64,000 nt of DNA from a virus (IMGVR_UViG_2556921664_000001:8766-72765), one strand, 5' to 3'; shown: positions 8,531 to 18,498, counted from the stretch's first letter. Numbers and translations are program-made. Notes: generated by a model not told the origin, from the letters alone.

Positions 8531-11353
8531 TCATATATTTACAGCTTCACGCAGCTTTTCCCACACTTTAACCATTGCATACGTATCAAGACCACAGTAT
8601 TTAAGCAAATACCCACGATATTTTTCCAGTTCCTCTGGAGACATGTCAGCCATAGCTAGAAATGCATTTGATGCTTCAGTGCCATTATGAATACCTTCAA
8701 GATTGTGATAATCCAGCGCAGGATCATCCGGAAATAGTGCTGGTAACACAAGCTTGATAGAAGAACGTCCCTGCATTTCCTTGACATAATAATGCTCATT
8801 ATGAAACGGCATCTCAAGGTCTTGGATATGGTCATGGATATTCATCAAGTGTTCAGCCAAGTCAGGGAAAAGTTCCGCTAATTCCTTTACACGCCCTTGT
8901 TCGAATGATTTATGATATGCCAACGTACAACCATTCAACGTAATATCCATGCAAAGCTGCTCTGCTATCCCTCTACGTGGGTCTTCTCCAGGATATGCCA
9001 GATATTCCTTGTGTTTTAGTTCCCCTCCCTCCTGTTCAATATAGTGAAGGGAATACTGAAATACTATCTGTGCATAAGGCTTTGCATTATCATATTGTGG
9101 TACGGCCATTTGGCAAGATTCGAAATCAAGGAAATACAATGGATAGGATAACCCCACCAAAAATTTTTGAATCTCCTCTTTTTCAATATGCGGTGCCTTT
9201 TCAAAAAGCTCGTACTCTATCTGTATTTTCTTCACTCCTGCCTTATATAGCTGGTTGAAATCGATTATTCCCTGATGATAATATTGGATTTTTTTCTTCC
9301 ATTGTGGTGAGTTACCCGCGACATCAAATACATTAGGTTGTGGCAGGTGTCCGGTACAGTATTTCCAACAGTCGCACATTACACCATCTCTTTTGCAATG
9401 TTCATCAATGATATCTGGAGATTCGTCCTTTTGCTTCATGTACTCAGTAAATTTACCTAAATTAGCCTCCACCTCATCATGCTTGGCCTTTGCTTGTTCT
9501 GTAAAATCCACCACTGTGAAAAGATCCTGCAAATCAAGTTCTCCATGCCGCACATATTTATTGTTCAAATGCATTAAATAGACTCGATTCACCTCAAAAC
9601 CACACTTTTCCACCACAAAGCACTGGAAAGCTACATCATCATAATAATGATCCTTGATTTTCGCGGTACTCTTTACCTCATAAATATCCACTTTTTTCCC
9701 GCCAAGATGATGTAATATATCAACGCTACAGAAAAGATTGTCTACCGCAAAGGACGCCTCTGCAATGTACTCTTGCCCATTCTCCAAAAGTTCATTTGTC
9801 CGTGTAACCATGCTACCGAGATTGTTCTTATTAAAGGGCACAACAACACAACCATCAAATCGCTTTTGAGCCAGTATCCCCACCTCATTGCCAACAGCAA
9901 TACGTTCTTCAGAGGCCGGCGACTCATCGATAATCTCAGGCTTATTAGTTTTTAACCACAATGCCTTAGGGCACTGTGTCGCCATTACATACTTCGACTT
10001 GGAACAAATCAATGTAGATACCTCTGTAATCATATCGCCATATCCCAAATCTTTCATTTTTTGAATGAACTTTAAAAAATTTTTCTTAGTATTAGCTGCA
10101 CCCCATTCTCTGCAAATAACTACTGTAGTATTATCTCTCAGTACTATAGGATAATCTGTTAAAAATCTTGATTTATCCTTGTCTGGTACTTCAGAAAGAT
10201 TCTTTATCACGCCGTATGACCCCTGCAAATCCTTAGGAAATACTCTGCACAGTCCTTCATAATTAATATCAGGATGTTTTTCAACATAAAGGCCCACAAC
10301 AGATAATACAATTCTTCCTAATGCGGTTTGTTCACCATTAAATAGGTATCTTGAAGTTTTAGATTTGCCAGTTGGTTTATTATCATTATTTTTTTCTTTT
10401 TTAAATGATGTGCCATATTTTAGCGGCTTTGGTAGTTCATCTATGAATGAGCTGCTTACGTTGTTTACCATCGCCAGCTTATTAAATTGTTGCATATTTT
10501 CTTGTCCATACCTTGTATAAAACTGCTGACGCACATAATTTATTACATCAGGATTTTCACCAATCAGATAATTTGAGTTTCCACTTTTCGGGACAAGGAA
10601 ATAATTTAACGGGTCACAAAAACGTAGAAAATGTGCCTTGACAATATTCTTTTCTTCATCAGTCCAAATATCTGGGAGACGTCGTACATGATCTTCATTT
10701 TCTATCCAATCCGCCACCACCCCTCTAGGAAATAATTTATCACTTAAAGCTTCTGGCAAATAGAAATCATCACTTCTATGGTTATTTTCCTTTAAACTAG
10801 CAATATGTGCCAAATACCAACCTTTCCCATTTAAAATCCCCGTTTCTCTAGGATGTCCAAGAAATTGATTTTTGTTGGCTATCAACGCTTCTTCACTTTT
10901 TTTGCCATTATCATAGTGCATTGGATACATATTATCATTTAATAATTTAGCAAATTCCTCTGCTGTGGGAACAATGCCCTTGTGAGCCATATTATAAATC
11001 TCATGTACCTCAAAATTGCTGGCAAACACGTAGGAGCAACCGTCAGCCATAACAGTTTTTGCAGCGCGCCTATTTTTATACGGTCTTAGCCCGCGCTGTT
11101 CCCAATTCTTATTATTTCCGCCTTCATATTTTCTTATCAAAAATACCGCATCCGACCGGTCAATATACTCAACCAACATTTTGTGCCAAGCAATAGCGTA
11201 TTCGCTGTCTATTAGTGTAGGTTTAATACATTTCTCATACAATTCAGTAACGGTTTTTACTTCTTCATATTCTGGTAATGAAATTTCAAAATCAATTATC
11301 TTCTTTTCATTATGCCTTGAAAAATAATCTTGAATTCCTGTAAAAATTGCCAT
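8531..11353 (-). CDS. Multi-domain fusion: possible His-Me/HNH-like N-terminal domain, restriction-associated middle domain, and DUF2779-type PD-(D/E)xK plus RNase H-like nuclease
   Basis: The C-terminal ~490 aa start SKSKYVMATQCPKALWL and contain CSVDILH...IYEVKST (Cas4-like), a Cys cluster and YFLDFE...DTYAM. The N-terminus has WYLAHI...DPLNYFLVPK. Confidence 0.75.
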   Translation of the reverse strand: MAIFTGIQDYFSRHNEKKIIDFEISLPEYEEVKTVTELYEKCIKPTLIDSEYAIAWHKMLVEYIDRSDAVFLIRKYEGGNNKNWEQRGLRPYKNRRAAKTVMADGCSYVFASNFEVHEIYNMAHKGIVPTAEEFAKLLNDNMYPMHYDNGKKSEEALIANKNQFLGHPRETGILNGKGWYLAHIASLKENNHRSDDFYLPEALSDKLFPRGVVADWIENEDHVRRLPDIWTDEEKNIVKAHFLRFCDPLNYFLVPKSGNSNYLIGENPDVINYVRQQFYTRYGQENMQQFNKLAMVNNVSSSFIDELPKPLKYGTSFKKEKNNDNKPTGKSKTSRYLFNGEQTALGRIVLSVVGLYVEKHPDINYEGLCRVFPKDLQGSYGVIKNLSEVPDKDKSRFLTDYPIVLRDNTTVVICREWGAANTKKNFLKFIQKMKDLGYGDMITEVSTLICSKSKYVMATQCPKALWLKTNKPEIIDESPASEERIAVGNEVGILAQKRFDGCVVVPFNKNNLGSMVTRTNELLENGQEYIAEASFAVDNLFCSVDILHHLGGKKVDIYEVKSTAKIKDHYYDDVAFQCFVVEKCGFEVNRVYLMHLNNKYVRHGELDLQDLFTVVDFTEQAKAKHDEVEANLGKFTEYMKQKDESPDIIDEHCKRDGVMCDCWKYCTGHLPQPNVFDVAGNSPQWKKKIQYYHQGIIDFNQLYKAGVKKIQIEYELFEKAPHIEKEEIQKFLVGLSYPLYFLDFESCQMAVPQYDNAKPYAQIVFQYSLHYIEQEGGELKHKEYLAYPGEDPRRGIAEQLCMDITLNGCTLAYHKSFEQGRVKELAELFPDLAEHLMNIHDHIQDLEMPFHNEHYYVKEMQGRSSIKLVLPALFPDDPALDYHNLEGIHNGTEASNAFLAMADMSPEELEKYRGYLLKYCGLDTYAMVKVWEKLREAVNI

Positions 11354-11356
11354 CAG

Positions 11357-11458
11357 TCAGTTCCTCCTAAATCCATGTCCTGAAGTTGTCTGTTTTTTCG
11401 GTCCGCCCCAATTAATACAGGTTGCACATCTTAGAAAATATGTAGGATCCGGTGCCAT
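11357..11458 (-). CDS. 33-aa Cys-rich mini-ORF, truncated paralog of 23650..23838
   Basis: Not in the ORF track. MAPDPTYFLRCATCINWGGPKKQTTSGHGFRRN* with AAGGATGG RBS; shares CxTCxNWGG with the 62-aa protein. Confidence 0.55.
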   Translation of the reverse strand: MAPDPTYFLRCATCINWGGPKKQTTSGHGFRRN

Positions 11459-11583
11459 AAATAACCATCCTTGTAATAAATGTAATACATCTTTAATTTA
11501 AGTTTTTTGACCTCTGCATTCACTTCTATAATCCTGCTATAAGAAGGATATATATTATTTAGCCTACTTTTTTAAGCATCAAA

Positions 11584-12153
11584 TTAAAATTCACACTCAA
11601 GACCGCAATCAAGCAGTTCCTCCTCCAGTTTTCTCTTCATGATAACAACACCGGTCTTCTTCATTGGGCAGTGTTTCTCGGACATGGAATGAATTACATT
11701 GTCGGCAGTAGAAAGAACATTCTCAATTTCTTTGACAGCCTTATTTACAATTTTATTGCAGACCGCATGTATATCAACATCGTTGAAGTCAGTGTTGTCT
11801 ATTTTAAGTGGCTGCATGCTATCTTCTTGGATATTAAAAGTATAGGCAATCCCGTTCTTATATAAAACAGACTCAACATATTTAAAAGCTTCCATCACAT
11901 GTTTTGATGGTACATGTTCCTTAATTTCATTCTCAGTATCAAACATAATTTTTTTGAAATGCTCATCCACCTTCTCAGCAGTTCTTTTGGCAATCTTGTT
12001 ACTCAATTCTCTGGTCTCTAAATACATTTCACGATACCTAGCGCCTTTTCTCTTCAGCATAACAGCTTTGTAAAGCTTTTTCTTGATGTTCTTGCCCCTA
12101 CGTTTAACATTTGCCATTTTATTCAACTCTCCCCTGTCCCCAAAGTAAACCAT
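11584..12153 (-). CDS. Hypothetical basic helical protein (189 aa)
   Basis: Long ORF downstream of the PolC-like gene; Lys/Arg-rich N-terminus. Confidence 0.7.
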   Translation of the reverse strand: MVYFGDRGELNKMANVKRRGKNIKKKLYKAVMLKRKGARYREMYLETRELSNKIAKRTAEKVDEHFKKIMFDTENEIKEHVPSKHVMEAFKYVESVLYKNGIAYTFNIQEDSMQPLKIDNTDFNDVDIHAVCNKIVNKAVKEIENVLSTADNVIHSMSEKHCPMKKTGVVIMKRKLEEELLDCGLECEF

Positions 12154-12258
12154 CCTGCATTTATAATCATTTATTACTTTCTATACACATCTTTAAAATC
12201 CTGCTGTATGGAAAAATATTATTATCCTAAACTATTGAGGAAATGCGGCCATGCTGGT

Positions 12259-14310
12259 TTATTCTGCATATACATCAATATAAGCCTGCTGATACTCTTT
12301 TGGATAGTGAACTTTATAGTACACCATACGATATAAAAGAGCTGTATAGTCAATGGCCTGGGCTCTGGAAACCAAATATCTGATCTTTTGGCAGGAGTCA
12401 ATATACCAATCTGGTATATTATGTTCTTTTAGAATTGCCACCATATCAGGTTTTATGCCACGTCCCTTGCGTACAGCTTCCATTATTTTAACTGCCGTCA
12501 TTGGTTCAATTCCCATCCCAATAAGGTATGTCATAATATCATCACGTGTAGCTATAACCTCTTTGAAGGTACACACCCCATCCTTAAGCAGAAGTTCGGT
12601 ATTATTATTCCATGCCCCGGAATCAAATGATGCCAATGCAATGATTTTTACAAGCTCATTCATACTGCTTGGCTTTACCATGGACATAATCTGGTAAAAC
12701 AGCTTGCTTAGTTGAATTCCCATTTGCCCAGATGTTCCCTTATTCTCTTTCATGACATCACCAAATGATTCTGGCTTCAAGGAACATAAACATGATAGCG
12801 TTTCAGCATCGCTAAGGGATATATCTCTAATCCGGTAATTAGTACTGTCCTCCATTTTTTTCAGAAAATCCATCTCCCTAAGTGGCAGCATATCAAGCTT
12901 TATCAGATCCCCTAATAGTGCGCGATAATCAAAATAAGTTGTTAACCACTGATCATCAGTATCTTCGGATATATACTGAGTGGGCGTAAAACAATGAACA
13001 TCCATATCCTGGGGAATCAGCATCAATGCGGCTGGATGAACGCCTGTATCTGACGGGATATTTATTATCCCCGGTTTAAAGACGTTATTTTCCCCCAATA
13101 TTTCCTTTATATATGAACGAAGCATCGGGATCTGCTGAGCAGAATAACAAATGTCAATATCCGGTATTTTTCTGCCATCAAAGCCAAGAAAAACTGCATA
13201 AGACATGTCCCAGCCGTCTTTTATCAGCGGTTCACCGCAAATAGGACAATTTTGATCAGGTAAATCGGCTCCAAATACGTATTCATTATCAGTAGCAAAT
13301 TCACTGTGTTTACATTTTGGGCAGCGCCAATGGGGCGGAAGAGGATTAATATCCGTAATCCCCAACAGATTTGCAACCAATGAGGAACCTACGGAACCGC
13401 GGGAGGTAGTACTATAACCATTCCCATGGGTTTTATCTGCAAGCTTCCGGGAAATTAAATACAGCGACGAATAACCATTCCTGGTGATAATTGACAGTTC
13501 CTTATCAAGTCTTTCTTTCACCACCGCAGGGAGATTTTGACCATATATCCTGTGCGCTGCTTCGTATGAAAGATTTTTTACAGTTTCTTCCGCCTCAGGC
13601 AAAACAGGCAGATGGATTCCTTCCGGTATTGGTCTTAGTCGGTCAATCATATCTGAAATAAGCTGCGGGTTATTGATCACAACATCATAAGCTGTTTTTT
13701 CTCCAAGATAACTGAAGGATTTCAACATTTCATCTGTTGTTTGTAAAACTTCTATACCTTGGTCAGCAGCCACTACGGACTTATTAATTTTTGCCGCTAA
13801 CTCCACAAGTTTTATATTGGTGTCACACAAATCATCATCTGGCTGAATTTCCAAGTAATCATAAAAGGCGGCAATTTCCAAAAGCCTTTCTTCACTTTTA
13901 TGTGAGGCTATGGCCTGTATAAGCTGACCATCAAGCCCTGCAGCCCCTACGAGTAATCCTTCACGGTGTTGTTCCAAAATTTCTTTTGATATACTATGAG
14001 CCTCGTTTCCTGGCTTGGTATGTAATAATGTAACCAAGTTATACAGATTTTGAAGACCAATCTTATTTTTGGCCAAAACAATCACGTGATATACAGATAA
14101 TAAATCTGCATCTTCCGTCGACAATAAAATTTCCATGCCGTAGATTATTTTGATGTCAAGATTATCCCCCTCAACAATTTGCATAGCCTCCGGAAACGCC
14201 TTTACTGAACAGATATCAGTGATTGCCACAGCTTTCCGACCTCTCCGGGCGGCTGTACTAATATATTCTTTCACGGACATTTCATTAGCTATTTTACTTG
14301 ATAATTTCAT
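12259..14310 (-). CDS. Minimal PolC-like family-C DNA polymerase (degenerate PHP, Zn finger, palm/fingers; no OB, exonuclease or C-terminal duplex/clamp-binding region)
   Basis: RGSVGSS, CPKC...CPIC, KIPDIDI, KLDML, TRDDIM, VRKG, PDWYIDSC and YKVHYP all match PolC motifs, but the protein is only 683 aa. Confidence 0.88.
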   Translation of the reverse strand: MKLSSKIANEMSVKEYISTAARRGRKAVAITDICSVKAFPEAMQIVEGDNLDIKIIYGMEILLSTEDADLLSVYHVIVLAKNKIGLQNLYNLVTLLHTKPGNEAHSISKEILEQHREGLLVGAAGLDGQLIQAIASHKSEERLLEIAAFYDYLEIQPDDDLCDTNIKLVELAAKINKSVVAADQGIEVLQTTDEMLKSFSYLGEKTAYDVVINNPQLISDMIDRLRPIPEGIHLPVLPEAEETVKNLSYEAAHRIYGQNLPAVVKERLDKELSIITRNGYSSLYLISRKLADKTHGNGYSTTSRGSVGSSLVANLLGITDINPLPPHWRCPKCKHSEFATDNEYVFGADLPDQNCPICGEPLIKDGWDMSYAVFLGFDGRKIPDIDICYSAQQIPMLRSYIKEILGENNVFKPGIINIPSDTGVHPAALMLIPQDMDVHCFTPTQYISEDTDDQWLTTYFDYRALLGDLIKLDMLPLREMDFLKKMEDSTNYRIRDISLSDAETLSCLCSLKPESFGDVMKENKGTSGQMGIQLSKLFYQIMSMVKPSSMNELVKIIALASFDSGAWNNNTELLLKDGVCTFKEVIATRDDIMTYLIGMGIEPMTAVKIMEAVRKGRGIKPDMVAILKEHNIPDWYIDSCQKIRYLVSRAQAIDYTALLYRMVYYKVHYPKEYQQAYIDVYAE

Positions 14311-14412
14311 AATTATTCCCCCTAAGTTTAAAACAATAATGTATAATACTAATATACGTTGAAATTTAAATTGCGCTCCAAAATCAATCAGCCTGATACG
14401 GAGGTGTGAGTT

Positions 14413-15588
14413 TTGACAGAAGGTAACAATCTGACAGCTACAGAAAAATTAAGAAAAGCCCGAATCAGAATAATGAACAAACAGCCTTTTTTCGCTTCCC
14501 TTATTATGCTCCTTACACCAGTTGAAGATGATTCTATAGGAACAGCAGCGACTGATTCAAAAAACCTATTCTATGCTCCTTCTTATATAGAAAAATTGTC
14601 TATTGAGGAAGTTATTTTTGTGTATCTGCATGAGATTCTCCACTGTGCCTTAGGACATATCTGGAGACAAAAAGATAAGGATCATAGACTTTGGAATATT
14701 GCCACTGATTATGCAATTAATGGTATGTTACATAACGATATAAAACTAAATCATTTTCTCAAAATGCCACCAAGTCTGCTATATAAAGAAACATATTATG
14801 GTATGTCAGCGGAAGAAATATATGATTCCCTTAAGTCAGATATTGCTAGAGCTTTCGTTAGCGTTAGCGTTGGCAATGGTGATGATGGTGATGATGAGCC
14901 TCAAAACCATGTTTTATGGAAAAATGCTGATAAAAACGAACGGATAAACTGGCAATACAATACCAAGATTGCAATTAAAAATGCAGAAAGATATGGTAAA
15001 GCACCTTCATATCTTACAGAAATAATTAAGCGGTTAAAACCACCACAAAAGGATTGGCGAACTCTATTGAATGAATTTGTCCAAGAGGAAATAAATGATT
15101 TTTCACTTATGCCGCCGGACAACCGTTTTGATGGGGATTTTTTCATTTTTTCCTTTTCCGATACAACAGAAGTGGTAAAAGACTTGCTGTTCTTTGTTGA
15201 TACATCTGGTTCCATGCGAATAAATGAATTAGAGGCTTGTTATTCGGAAATAAACGGTGCCCTCCAGCAATTCAATAGGCAACTACAGGGTAAACTTGTT
15301 TTTTTTGATGCAGTTGTCCATGAACCATTATACGATTTTGACGACATCAAAGATATCAGATCTGTATGTCCTATAGGCAGGGGCGGTACCTGTTTTTATG
15401 CTATATTTGATTTTTTAAAAGAATATAAGAATGCTCATAATCCCATTGCGGGTGTCATTATTTTAACTGATGGACAATGTGACTACGATGACATCGATGC
15501 ACCAGATTTTCCTGTTCTTTGGGTATTTACTACCCATGACAACAATCCACCCTTTGGCTTATCTACTACCATCGAAGTCAGCCCATAA
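14413..15588 (+). CDS. DUF2201-type metallopeptidase-like plus vWA domain protein
   Basis: HEILH (HExxH), NIATDYAIN, MIDAS elements VDTSGSM, GGT and LTDG; TTG start with GGAGG RBS. Confidence 0.88.
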   Translation: MTEGNNLTATEKLRKARIRIMNKQPFFASLIMLLTPVEDDSIGTAATDSKNLFYAPSYIEKLSIEEVIFVYLHEILHCALGHIWRQKDKDHRLWNIATDYAINGMLHNDIKLNHFLKMPPSLLYKETYYGMSAEEIYDSLKSDIARAFVSVSVGNGDDGDDEPQNHVLWKNADKNERINWQYNTKIAIKNAERYGKAPSYLTEIIKRLKPPQKDWRTLLNEFVQEEINDFSLMPPDNRFDGDFFIFSFSDTTEVVKDLLFFVDTSGSMRINELEACYSEINGALQQFNRQLQGKLVFFDAVVHEPLYDFDDIKDIRSVCPIGRGGTCFYAIFDFLKEYKNAHNPIAGVIILTDGQCDYDDIDAPDFPVLWVFTTHDNNPPFGLSTTIEVSP

Positions 15589-15639
15589 CAGTTATCCTAA
15601 TATGACGCATATTAATTTTGTACGAGGGAGGAACATATA

Positions 15640-16755
15640 ATGTCTTATATGGATATGATTAGTAATGAAAATTATTCACAAATTTCCTGTAATAAATTTA
15701 TCAATATCATGTCTGCCCTGTATTCCGAAGGAGATTTTTCCAAACAACCAACCAAAATGTTATGGGGCCAGCCAGGTGTTGGTAAATCCCAGGCAGTACA
15801 ACAATTTGCCAACATACTGTCAGAAAAAACCGGTAAAAAAACTAATGTAAAAACTGTTTCCTTACTGCTGATGAATCCTATTGACCTTAGAGGTATTCCA
15901 GCCAAATCGAAAAATGAACGGAACGAAGATGTGGCCAAATGGTTATCCCCGGATATATTCAAATTGGATCCCAGTGATGATGTTATCAATATCTTATTTT
16001 TGGACGAAATATCAGCGGCTCCACCATCTGTTCAGGCTGCGGCATATCAAATATGCCTTGACAAACGCATCGGCGAGCATGTTCTCCCGACCAATACTAT
16101 AGTAATATGTGCCGGCAACAGGGTTTCAGACAAAGCTGTGGCATTTAAAATGCCTAAGCCCCTGTCCAATCGTCTTACTCATTTTGAAATAATTGCTGAT
16201 TTAGATTCATGGCGTTCATGGGCTTACCAACACAATATCAATGACTCAATCATTGCGTTTATTACATGGCGACCAGATTACCTTAATAAATTTGACCCCT
16301 CAAACGATGATGTGGCTTTTCCTACTCCCCGTTCCTGGGAATTAGTCAACACTTATATGCAATTTGGCTTTGAGGAAATGTTTGAATGTATAGCTGGAAC
16401 CGTCGGACTGGCAACAGCCATTGAATTAAAATCATTTATTGATCTTTCCGTAACACTACCTACTTTTAGTGATATTATTGCCAACAAAGCCGAATTACCA
16501 GCTAATAATGATCCTGCTGTAATGTATGCTATTTCTTCAATGATTACTTCAAATGTAGTGCAAAATGGCTCTACGCTTAAACTGAAAGAAAAGAATAATC
16601 TGTTTAAATATATTGGCTCCTTTAAGCATGATGAATACATTCTCCTTACATTGCAAGATATTATAAAAAATTGCCCTGAATTTAATAAATATCTTTTAAA
16701 AAACAAAGATACCATCAAATTTATTAAGCAATTTCGCAATGATTTAACTAATTAA
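15640..16755 (+). CDS. MoxR-like AAA+ ATPase partnering the vWA protein
   Basis: Walker A GQPGVGKS, Walker B ILFLDE, AGNR, PLSNRLTH, PTPRSWE. Confidence 0.88.
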   Translation: MSYMDMISNENYSQISCNKFINIMSALYSEGDFSKQPTKMLWGQPGVGKSQAVQQFANILSEKTGKKTNVKTVSLLLMNPIDLRGIPAKSKNERNEDVAKWLSPDIFKLDPSDDVINILFLDEISAAPPSVQAAAYQICLDKRIGEHVLPTNTIVICAGNRVSDKAVAFKMPKPLSNRLTHFEIIADLDSWRSWAYQHNINDSIIAFITWRPDYLNKFDPSNDDVAFPTPRSWELVNTYMQFGFEEMFECIAGTVGLATAIELKSFIDLSVTLPTFSDIIANKAELPANNDPAVMYAISSMITSNVVQNGSTLKLKEKNNLFKYIGSFKHDEYILLTLQDIIKNCPEFNKYLLKNKDTIKFIKQFRNDLTN

Positions 16756-16798
16756 TCACCATTAATTAATGCACAGATGTTTGTGGGAGTGATAAGCA

Positions 16799-17908
16799 AT
16801 GGATACAAATATTTCTGCAGAAAATTTAATTTTAGATCACATGGCACTTAATACCATATATATCATCAGCAAAGAAGCATTGGCAAAATTCCCAGATAAA
16901 TCTATAATTATCGGCGTGGACTACAAAATGGAATTTTTAACAGGGACTGAAGATTATGATTTAGTATGCTGTTATAAATTCCAAAGATATGATTATGTAT
17001 ATTATATTTTTTTAAATCTTACAGGTTGGAGACACCTCCTTATAATTAACGAACCAATTAACGAAATTGGCCCCGCAAAAACATATCACAATCCTAATAT
17101 TTGTAGCAAAAAAGCTGTTGAGGAAGCAAAAGAATTACCCCGTGTTTTTTTTAATCACTTTCACCTATACTATGATATAGTCAACGATAAAATTCACTGT
17201 GAATATAATATTAACAGCTATATGTATAGAAATGAAATAAACGCTTTATTTCATTCTCTACTTACTTTTCTTGCACTTAACCCGTCAGAGCATCCAGATG
17301 TTTTACAATTTTTGCAAAATAATATTGTTGATAGATACATAAAAAAAAGAGAAAGCATTCTATTTACCTTTAGCAAAGACAGAACGACTGTTAGCCATTT
17401 TACCTATATTGATTTTTATAATGAATCAGCTAAACATATATTAGTTGCAGCCGTATATATTGATCAAACTGATCAAAAATGCTATTTTTTGGGTGGGCAT
17501 AAAGCAAGGTGTATTGATGATTCATTGAGGTTAAGCAATAATAATAAATACTACATTGACAATCAAAACATGCCCAATAGGAAATATTATGATTTGTCAA
17601 AAATGAATGTTGATGATAATGAATTTAGTTATTTTATCGAAAATTTTTACCCACATAAAGCCTCAATCGCCAAAATAGACTATTACTATGATAGTGGCTT
17701 ATTAATTAGGTCAACTGATGATCGTATTAAAATAATTTTTAATACCTACAAAGAAAAGGAAGATGGTATTTTGTTCCTTTTCAAGCGTAATATAGTAATC
17801 GATGAGAAATTACAACTAAAATTTAAAAAATTACCAAAAAAAGCCAAACGCCTTGATACTGAACACTATCGAAAAGTTATTGATCGTTACTTAGCGACAA
17901 TAATATAA
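16799..17908 (+). CDS. Hypothetical protein (369 aa), very AT-rich
   Basis: Long ORF in the operon with vWA/AAA; Tyr/Ile/Asn-rich; no motif recognised. Confidence 0.7.
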   Translation: MDTNISAENLILDHMALNTIYIISKEALAKFPDKSIIIGVDYKMEFLTGTEDYDLVCCYKFQRYDYVYYIFLNLTGWRHLLIINEPINEIGPAKTYHNPNICSKKAVEEAKELPRVFFNHFHLYYDIVNDKIHCEYNINSYMYRNEINALFHSLLTFLALNPSEHPDVLQFLQNNIVDRYIKKRESILFTFSKDRTTVSHFTYIDFYNESAKHILVAAVYIDQTDQKCYFLGGHKARCIDDSLRLSNNNKYYIDNQNMPNRKYYDLSKMNVDDNEFSYFIENFYPHKASIAKIDYYYDSGLLIRSTDDRIKIIFNTYKEKEDGILFLFKRNIVIDEKLQLKFKKLPKKAKRLDTEHYRKVIDRYLATII

Positions 17909-18498
17909 CCCCGTTTTTTAAAACAATTCATAACCACCCTTGCCCATTTAGAATAATCCTGTCCCCAGGCCCCCTTCATATTGCCATCAGCAAGTTCTTT
18001 TAATATTTCCTTCCGTGACTGGAAAAAGCTGGCAAATTCAGGATAATCACTGCCATATTTTTTCAAAAATTCTTTAATGTTTGCTTTTGCAAATATTTCC
18101 ATTGCAAAGATCAAGCCCTCCAAATCTTCATAACCATGTCCCATAAAATCCCTGTCCATACAGCCAGCAAATATTTTGCTAAGCTGATCCAGAAGGCCAG
18201 GGATTTTTTTCACCCCATTATACTTTGTAAGGGCATGAACAATAATTCCGGTTATCATATATGTTGGTTCATATATGTACATAACACGGGCATCATCCGG
18301 CATATCAGAAATATCTTCCATGTGCCAAAGAAGAATTTTGGAATTATGCTCAGTTCTCTTCGCTGCTTTTAAAACGGTTGAAATAAAATTGACTGACTCC
18401 GCCTCGGAAACCTTATTCTCAATATATTCCTCAAAATTTTCTTTCACAATTTCCAAAAATTTATCCGGTTTGTTCTCATTAATAAAATTAGTGTTCAT
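17887..18498 (-). CDS. Hypothetical protein (203 aa)
   Basis: Overlaps the stop of the MotA-like gene; 3' end overlaps the convergent 369-aa gene. Confidence 0.7.
   Translation of the reverse strand: MNTNFINENKPDKFLEIVKENFEEYIENKVSEAESVNFISTVLKAAKRTEHNSKILLWHMEDISDMPDDARVMYIYEPTYMITGIIVHALTKYNGVKKIPGLLDQLSKIFAGCMDRDFMGHGYEDLEGLIFAMEIFAKANIKEFLKKYGSDYPEFASFFQSRKEILKELADGNMKGAWGQDYSKWARVVMNCFKKRGYIIVAK

Noticed and set aside
12259-14310. Chromosomal replicative polC
   Set aside because: About half the usual length, missing exonuclease, OB and C-terminal domains, and located inside prophage cargo.
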